NCBI GenBank assembly: GCA_963715865.1
Contig: OY970280.1
Location: forward strand, 1,600,001-1,664,000
DNA length: 64,000 nt
Source: Candidatus Bathyarchaeota archaeon
GTDB taxonomy: Archaea > Thermoproteota > Bathyarchaeia > Bathyarchaeales > Bathycorpusculaceae
Direction: 5' to 3'
The notes below the pieces were generated by a model, which was not told the DNA's origin, searched no databases, and worked only from the letters and a program-made list of their open reading frames with translations. This document shows positions 58,533 through 64,000 of the stretch, piece by piece (the stretch's first letter is position 1; every line of letters begins with the position of its first letter). The translations under genes were made by a program, and so were the position numbers.

Positions 58533-59078
58533 TTAGGCAACTCCCTCGTTTTTTTCATACACGTATATGCCGTCAAGGAAAACTCTCGGGTCTTTTCTTC
58601 TTATTCTTGTAGCTTGCTCAATGTTGGCGGCGGTTTGGCTTACATCTTCCAAGTTTACGCCTTCAACAATGATATCTTCGGGTTCAATTTTCACTTTGAC
58701 GTCGCCGATTATTTTTACTCTGCGTGCTCTTCGTTCACCAGTAAAGTTTTCAATCAAAACAGATTTGTCTTGAAGCTTCACTGAGATTGGGAAGTGTGAG
58801 AACACGATTTTAAGCTTGTACGAGTAGCCTTTTGTTACTCCAGTAATCATGTTTTGAATGTGCGAGTATATTGTTCCTACAAGAGCGGCTTCCTTTTTAC
58901 GTGGCCACTTTGCCCAAACGCGAATATTTTTGCCTTCGCCTTCTATTGCGATTGGAGCAAAGGAAAAGTCACGTGTTAAGGATCCTTTGGCGCCTTTGAC
59001 GTTGACTTTTTTGCCTTCTAGGCTGACGTCTACGTTATCAGGAACTTGAATGGTTTTAGATATTTCTGGGAGCCGCAT
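58533..59078 (-). CDS. rpl6: 50S ribosomal protein uL6
   Basis: GVTKGY, HFPI, NFTGER, DPRVFLDGIY. Confidence 0.96.
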   Translation of the reverse strand: MRLPEISKTIQVPDNVDVSLEGKKVNVKGAKGSLTRDFSFAPIAIEGEGKNIRVWAKWPRKKEAALVGTIYSHIQNMITGVTKGYSYKLKIVFSHFPISVKLQDKSVLIENFTGERRARRVKIIGDVKVKIEPEDIIVEGVNLEDVSQTAANIEQATRIRRKDPRVFLDGIYVYEKNEGVA

Positions 59079-59089
59079 AAATTACACCT

Positions 59090-59473
59090 CTAATACACGA
59101 AGGCTAACAGCCTTCCTCCAATATTCTTTTCTTCAGCATTCTTATGGGCTATAACGCCTTTTGAAGTGGAAACAACCATTATTCCTATGTCTCTGGATGG
59201 CAAGAACTTCTTTTCCCAATCTTCAAACTCGCCGACTTTAACTGGGAAGCGTGGTTTAATTGGTCCACACTTGTTTATTCTGCCTAACAGTTGAACTTTG
59301 AATTTTCCAGAGCGCCCATCATCGATAAACTCGAATTCGCCTATGTAACCATTCAACTGCATTATGCGTAGGACTCGCCCCAAAAGTTTAGAGGCAGGGC
59401 TAATGATGCATTCGCGCTTGTTTCGCATTTCGTTGTTTATGATGGTTATCAAACCATTGGTTAAAGTATCCAT
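59090..59473 (-). CDS. rps8: 30S ribosomal protein uS8
   Basis: [37 protein letters not shown]. Confidence 0.97.
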   Translation of the reverse strand: MDTLTNGLITIINNEMRNKRECIISPASKLLGRVLRIMQLNGYIGEFEFIDDGRSGKFKVQLLGRINKCGPIKPRFPVKVGEFEDWEKKFLPSRDIGIMVVSTSKGVIAHKNAEEKNIGGRLLAFVY

Positions 59474-59487
59474 ATTCTTTTTAGCTC

Positions 59488-59652
59488 CTACTCATATTTT
59501 TTGAACCCAAGTTTTGGGGCAGCCTCTCTAAAACAGTGCCTACATAAATATAAATTGTAACGTCGAATAACTGGCCCATAAGATCCACATCTGACACATG
59601 GCCGAGAACCTTTGCCGTATTTTCGTACTTTCTTTATTTGCTGTTTTCCCAT
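59488..59652 (-). CDS. rps14: 30S ribosomal protein uS14 (Zn type), 54 aa; absent from the ORF track
   Basis: Hand-translated [54 protein letters not shown]. Confidence 0.96.
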   Translation of the reverse strand: MGKQQIKKVRKYGKGSRPCVRCGSYGPVIRRYNLYLCRHCFREAAPKLGFKKYE

Positions 59653-59668
59653 ACATTCATCCTCAGTT

Positions 59669-60211
59669 TTAAACGATTTCGACTCCTAACGTTTGTCTGA
59701 CGAAAACTATTGATTCTTCAGGCGTTAACATGTGCTTAGCACCAACGGGCCTTTTCTCTCTTCTTCGAATTTTCACTCGTTGCCCAGGACGATTAACAGA
59801 GACACACACATCCATTCCGAAGATGCCGATTTCAGGGTCGTATTTTACGCCTTTAATCTCAATGTGTTCTTTAAGGCCGAAAGCAAAGTTACCACGTAAA
59901 TCAAAGGAAGACTTTGAAATCTTGTTATCAACAACAGGTAACACTTTCTTAAGGAAATCAATCGCCTTTTGCTTTCGCAATGTTACGACAACCGCGATAG
60001 ATTCTCCTTCTCGTATGCCAAAGTCTCGGATAGTTTTTTTGGCTTTTCTCTTTACAGGCGTCTGATTCGTTATTTCTTTGAGTACTTTGTTGGCTTTTTC
60101 GAGTGGTTCGCCTGATTTCCCAACGTTAAGGTTTACCACTACTTTTTCGATTCGGGGCTTAAGCATTGGATGCTCTTCCCATTTCTTGACTAAAGCTTCT
60201 TCCTCAGACAA
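59669..60211 (-). CDS. rpl5: 50S ribosomal protein uL5
   Basis: [30 protein letters not shown]. Confidence 0.97.
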   Translation of the reverse strand: MSEEEALVKKWEEHPMLKPRIEKVVVNLNVGKSGEPLEKANKVLKEITNQTPVKRKAKKTIRDFGIREGESIAVVVTLRKQKAIDFLKKVLPVVDNKISKSSFDLRGNFAFGLKEHIEIKGVKYDPEIGIFGMDVCVSVNRPGQRVKIRRREKRPVGAKHMLTPEESIVFVRQTLGVEIV

Positions 60212-60968
60212 CTGCAGATGCCTCCGGTAAACCTATGAGCGGTTCAGCTTCACCTATGGAAAAGACAAAGTCTAAGATTGTTTGATAACGAACGCCTTGC
60301 GCGTCTTCGACGACTACTAGGGCTTGCCGTCGTTTTTTCGCCTCAGTCTTTTCTATTTCGACTATTTTGCCTTGTTTGCCGATGTTTTTTCCGCCAGTGA
60401 GTACTGCCAAATTTCCTTCCTTGGTTTTCAAGCTAAGAGCTACTTGTTTTTCTGGATAAGTTATTTTTAGAACGTCAAATGTGTCATAAGTGACTTCTTT
60501 TGGATTTTTCGGGTCCGCGACTTTCATGAGCATGTTTGAGCCGTCATGGAGAGCAATTTGTATGCCGTTTTTAACGGTGGTTTTATCTTCAACGCGGACT
60601 AGCTTGAAGTTTGCTTCTTCCTTGCTTATTGGATTTAAAAATAGCCCTTTGTGGGAGGGCATTACACGGTAATGCTTGTTCATGTCAGGAATGGAGATAA
60701 CATCCATCAAGCCAACAGGAAAATCATCTTTTCGCCTGACTTTCCCGTCAACTTGCACTTTGCCTTGAGCAAGTATCATTTTGGCTTCTTTCCTTGTTTG
60801 TGCAACGCCGAGAATGTCTCGAAGAACGAGAGTTAATGGCAGACAGTTCTGGAGCGAGTGTGAACCAGATGAGGGCTTCACTATCCAAGGTAACTCTTTT
60901 CTGTGAATTGGCCAGAACCTTGGAGCTGGCTTACGTTTCAGTCTTGCTGTTTTTCCTTTTTTACCCAA
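60204..60968 (-). CDS. rps4e: 30S ribosomal protein eS4
   Basis: LKRKPAPRFW, LVLRDIL, FPVGLMDVI, TGGKNIG. Confidence 0.96.
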   Translation of the reverse strand: MGKKGKTARLKRKPAPRFWPIHRKELPWIVKPSSGSHSLQNCLPLTLVLRDILGVAQTRKEAKMILAQGKVQVDGKVRRKDDFPVGLMDVISIPDMNKHYRVMPSHKGLFLNPISKEEANFKLVRVEDKTTVKNGIQIALHDGSNMLMKVADPKNPKEVTYDTFDVLKITYPEKQVALSLKTKEGNLAVLTGGKNIGKQGKIVEIEKTEAKKRRQALVVVEDAQGVRYQTILDFVFSIGEAEPLIGLPEASAVV

Positions 60969-60970
60969 AA

Positions 60971-61855
60971 TTATTTTCCTCCTTCAGTTTGTTCAGAGGT
61001 TTTACGTTTAGCACGCGGTTTAGGCGCCGTTTTTTTGGCTGCCGTTTCTTTTGCTGGCGCCTTTTTTGATGAGGTTGCTTTCTTTGCTGCTGTCCTTGGT
61101 TTCGCTGCTTTTTTAGCAGGCGTCTTTTCTTCTACTGCTGGTACTTCTGCCTTGGCAGGTTTCTTTTTCTGTGGGGCTGCTTCTTTTTTAGCGGCAGGTT
61201 TCTTGGCTGCAGGTTTCTTGGCTGCAGGTTTCTTGGCTGCAGGCTTCTTTGCTGCTGCTTTCTTTGCTGCTGGAGCTTTTTCAGGTGCCTTCTCCACTAT
61301 TTTTTCAGGAACTTTTTCTGGTGGTACTTGCTCTTTTGCAACTTCAGATACTGCTTCTTGAACTGGCGGTGCTTCTACGGGTTTTTCCTCTTTTATTTCT
61401 TCAACCTTAGCTTTCGGCTTTTCTGGAGCTTTTTCAGCTTTCTTTGCCGGTTTTGCTTTTTCTTCTTTCTCAGGTTTTTCTATTTCCTTCTTCCTTTCAA
61501 GGATTTCTTTTCGCCATTTATCGTCAAGGTTGAGGTTTCTTATCATGACTTTGGATGGGTGTATTGGAAGGAAAATGTTTGTTCCATCGACTTTCTCGCG
61601 TGTTAATCCTTCAATGTAAATTCGGTACTCTTTTAGAGAAATGCGTGAAACTTTGCCTTCAAAGCCCTTGTGATCTCCACGTTGAATGCGAACTGTGTCG
61701 CCTTTTCTTACTGGAAGAGTTTTTACGCCTCTTGAAGCAGCAAGCTCGTTTGATAGGGGAGCTGCCATAAGCTTGTGGCGCACGTGAGCAGGAGCGTTAA
61801 AAAGCTTTTTTCGCTGTTTACGTGGATTTTTTACTCGTTTGGTCTTTTGCATCAT
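60971..61855 (-). CDS. rpl24: 50S ribosomal protein uL24 with a ~170-aa Lys/Ala/Glu/Pro-rich tail
   Basis: PRKQRK..FNAP.H, VRKGDTV.I.RG, PIHPSKVMI; tail contains PAAKK repeats. Confidence 0.93.
   Translation of the reverse strand: MMQKTKRVKNPRKQRKKLFNAPAHVRHKLMAAPLSNELAASRGVKTLPVRKGDTVRIQRGDHKGFEGKVSRISLKEYRIYIEGLTREKVDGTNIFLPIHPSKVMIRNLNLDDKWRKEILERKKEIEKPEKEEKAKPAKKAEKAPEKPKAKVEEIKEEKPVEAPPVQEAVSEVAKEQVPPEKVPEKIVEKAPEKAPAAKKAAAKKPAAKKPAAKKPAAKKPAAKKEAAPQKKKPAKAEVPAVEEKTPAKKAAKPRTAAKKATSSKKAPAKETAAKKTAPKPRAKRKTSEQTEGGK
61194..61268. repeat. 15-bp coding tandem repeat (3 exact GCAGGTTTCTTGGCT + 2 variants) encoding AAKKP/AAKKA
   Basis: Read directly from the sequence. Confidence 0.92.
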
Positions 61856-61863
61856 CTTTGCAC

Positions 61864-62304
61864 CTACACGATTATGCTTGAGGCACTTGCAATTCTTGGC
61901 CATCTTTCGGCTGCCTCTCTAGCTACTGGACCTCTTATTTCTGAACCTTTCATTTCACCATCAGGAGTAATGATTACTGCCGCGTTATCTTCAAACTGAA
62001 CCCAAACACCGTCAACACGTCTGAAAGTTTTTCTTTGACGAACTATTACTGCTTGGAAAATCTTTTTCCTCATGTCAGGCGACCCTTGCCTGACAGAAAC
62101 AGTTACTTTATCGCCTACAGTGGCAGATGGGTAACGTCGCAGTCGACCTTTATAGCCCATGGCTTGAATCAAGCGTAATACTCGTGCACCTGTGTTATCG
62201 GCGCATCTTAATTCTGAACCTGATAAAAGACCACGGCTAATTTTTTGTCCGTGTGAAAGCATTCCTTTTGCAACAAGTGCTCTCTGTTTTGCCTTCGCCG
62301 CCAT
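61864..62304 (-). CDS. rpl14: 50S ribosomal protein uL14
   Basis: CADNTGA, VGD, AVIVRQRK, FEDNAAVI, KGSEIRGPVAREAA. Confidence 0.97.
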   Translation of the reverse strand: MAAKAKQRALVAKGMLSHGQKISRGLLSGSELRCADNTGARVLRLIQAMGYKGRLRRYPSATVGDKVTVSVRQGSPDMRKKIFQAVIVRQRKTFRRVDGVWVQFEDNAAVIITPDGEMKGSEIRGPVAREAAERWPRIASASSIIV

Positions 62305-62305
62305 T

Positions 62306-62632
62306 CTACTTCTCCTCTCCTAATTTTTCAACTACAACAAAGGACACGGTTTTGCTGACTGGTCTGCACTCGGCGATTCTCACTCTGTCGCCTTCTTTAA
62401 CATCGATACATGGTGGGTTGTGGGACGCAATGTGACCGTGTCTTCGTTCGTACCTTTGGAATTTTGATGAGAACTGTAAGAATTCTCTGTCAACTATGAC
62501 GGTTTTATCCATTTTAGCCGTGTGGACTATACCGTCAAATACACGTCCTCTCACTGAAAGAGTCCCATGGAATGGACAGCTTCGATCGTCACATGTTTTT
62601 TTAGGCTGCTTGAAAGTTAGAGACATTACCAT
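62306..62632 (-). CDS. rps17: 30S ribosomal protein uS17
   Basis: CPFHG.L.VRG, KMDKT, AHNPPC, ECRPVSKT. Confidence 0.97.
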   Translation of the reverse strand: MVMSLTFKQPKKTCDDRSCPFHGTLSVRGRVFDGIVHTAKMDKTVIVDREFLQFSSKFQRYERRHGHIASHNPPCIDVKEGDRVRIAECRPVSKTVSFVVVEKLGEEK

Positions 62633-62907
62633 AACCTCTTAATGCTTTTTTTAAGTCGGTCCTCAGGTCTGCCGACTAAAAGTTTACCGTCAATCTCTAC
62701 AACTGTGCCATCATCAAACTTAAAGTTGAAAACGGCTGATTCTTTAATTACGCTCTTCTCTTTGCCTTCCTTAAGAAAAGTGAAGGTATTTTTTGTTTCG
62801 CTTATGACTTTGCCGCCTAAACCAACATAGCCTTCATGAGGGCTTCTGGCGACTTTGCCTTCAGTGCCAATAAACTCATAACGAATAATTTCGGGGGTTA
62901 CTTTCAT
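62626..62907 (-). CDS. rnp1: Ribonuclease P protein subunit Rpp29/Pop4
   Basis: EFIG, GKVISETKNT, IDGKLLVGRPEDRLKK. Confidence 0.92.
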   Translation of the reverse strand: MKVTPEIIRYEFIGTEGKVARSPHEGYVGLGGKVISETKNTFTFLKEGKEKSVIKESAVFNFKFDDGTVVEIDGKLLVGRPEDRLKKSIKRLW

Positions 62908-63209
62908 TGGGAAGTCTCCTCAGTTTCTTTTTTAGCCTCAGGCTTCTTTGCTGGCTTTTCGGCTTTTTTCTTTTGTTTTTTCTCTGGTTCCTCGGTTGTT
63001 TTCCTGATGCCCAATTTATTCTCGTTTTCTACGGTTAGTATTTGAGCGATTGTTTTGCGCAGTTCCCTTATTCTTGCTGGGTTATCAATGGCGCCGCCTG
63101 CCTTAACCATGGTTTTGATGCGGGTTAGTTCTGCGCGTAAATCAACAAGTTTTTGGGTTCTGTCCTCAGAGGACATGGCGGTGATTTCTTTAAATCGCAA
63201 TATTGCCAT
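62904..63209 (-). CDS. rpl29: 50S ribosomal protein uL29 with a charged C-terminal tail
   Basis: NPARIRELRKTIAQILT; position after uS3. Confidence 0.93.
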   Translation of the reverse strand: MAILRFKEITAMSSEDRTQKLVDLRAELTRIKTMVKAGGAIDNPARIRELRKTIAQILTVENENKLGIRKTTEEPEKKQKKKAEKPAKKPEAKKETEETSQ

Positions 63210-63968
63210 TTACTCTTTTGCCTCCTCTTTCGGTTTGTCTGCGACTTCTGTTGCTTGTACTTCTGGCTCTGGCTGGGGCGCTTCTTCCGCTTGAGGTGGT
63301 GCTTGCTCTTCTGCTTGTTCTGGCGGCTTGGCTTCTGTTTGTTCTGGAACAGTGATTTTTTCTTCTTCGGGCAATGCATCGATGATTTTAACTCTGTCAG
63401 GGAAATATGCGTCTGGCGGCATGATTTTTACTCTTACGCCGATAATGCCTGGTTTTAGTTGGACATGAGCTTCAGCTTTTTTCATGGCTCGTAGGGCTGG
63501 TTCTCCGCATCGTGGGAAGTAGCCAGCTCGGAACTTTTCGAAGCGTGCTCGTTCTGTGGTAAGTTTTCCGCTTATGACTATTTCAGCGCCAAGTGCGCCT
63601 GCTTCCATAACTTGGTTTAGCGCCCAAAAACCAGCACGCCTAAAGTGAACGCCTCGCTGAAGCGCTGAGGCAACTCTGGATGCGACGACGAAAGCGTTGA
63701 ATTCTGGGACTTCGATTTCTGAAACTGAAATTTGAGGATTAGAAACTTTAAAGTTTTGTTCTAGGGCTGAGGCGAGTTCTTTTATTGTTTCTCCGCCTCT
63801 GCCGATGACTAAGCCTGGACGCATGGCGTAAATTACAACATGAGTTCCAAGCGGGGTTTTGGAAATGTTTACTCCGCCGTATCCGGCTCTGTCAAGTTTT
63901 TTTTGTAAAAATTCATCTATTTCTGTTCTTTTGATTGATTCTGTTATAAAACGTTTGACTATGCTCAT
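63210..63968 (-). CDS. rps3: 30S ribosomal protein uS3 with an acidic P/E/Q-rich tail
   Basis: RPGLVIGRGG, GVHFRRA, GAEIVISGKL, GIIGVRVKI. Confidence 0.97.
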   Translation of the reverse strand: MSIVKRFITESIKRTEIDEFLQKKLDRAGYGGVNISKTPLGTHVVIYAMRPGLVIGRGGETIKELASALEQNFKVSNPQISVSEIEVPEFNAFVVASRVASALQRGVHFRRAGFWALNQVMEAGALGAEIVISGKLTTERARFEKFRAGYFPRCGEPALRAMKKAEAHVQLKPGIIGVRVKIMPPDAYFPDRVKIIDALPEEEKITVPEQTEAKPPEQAEEQAPPQAEEAPQPEPEVQATEVADKPKEEAKE

Positions 63969-64000
63969 TTATTGTTCTCCTTGGGTAGGTTTCTCGTCTA
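63969..64000 (-). CDS. rpl22: 3' end of the preceding gene (...DEKPTQGEQ*), probably uL22
   Basis: Stop abuts the rps3 start; identity from conserved gene order only. Confidence 0.5.
   Translation of the reverse strand, partial: DEKPTQGEQ

Noticed and set aside
60903-61361. 152-aa plus-strand ORF with AAGFL repeats
   Set aside because: Antisense shadow of the uL24 PAAKK repeat; the same applies to most short ORFs overlapping called genes on the opposite strand
1-64000. tRNA, rRNA, SRP or RNase P RNA genes
   Set aside because: No T-loop GTTCRA/cloverleaf or long GC-rich structured intergenic region found by eye; tRNAscan-SE and Infernal would be needed to exclude split or intron-containing tRNAs

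Overview
Archaeal chromosomal DNA, most likely Bathyarchaeia. This is inferred from gene content (tandem 'PQQ-like' beta-propeller surface proteins with Lrp/TrmB regulators, a Cren7-like protein, TACK-type ribosomal gene order), not from a marker search. The window runs: larC/larE, cysS, lplA, prs, trm11, rnz, lhr, signal peptidase, tbp, pyrE, ard1 and larA (0-19 kb); an accessory island of two large secreted beta-propeller genes plus double-Lrp and TrmB regulators (19.4-27.8 kb); secE-spt5-L11-L1-L10; a mixed accessory block (vapBC, ilvC, SDR, E1-like, a wHTH/NDT-like triad, ThrC-wHTH + ECF S component + PurM-fold enzyme, glycosyltransferases); and the S3 to secY ribosomal superoperon, which carries two insertions. 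I saw no tRNA, rRNA, CRISPR array, integrase or transposase. Leading candidates for undescribed biology: (1) an 83-110 bp bulged inverted-repeat element present three times with an invariant 18-mer, folding like a bulge-helix-bulge and lying downstream of surface-protein or mobile-remnant genes next to rearrangement junctions; (2) a threonine-synthase-like protein lacking its PLP lysine, fused to a winged helix, upstream of a palindromic operator, an ECF S component and a PurM-fold enzyme; (3) a cassette-like surface-protein locus with a 96%-identical duplicated promoter block and a G11 tract that frameshifts its TrmB regulator; (4) an unannotated zinc-ribbon Cren7-like protein. Caveat: about ten or more single-base indels cluster between 10.6 and 27.3 kb and may be assembly errors, so frameshift-based claims there need read-level checking.
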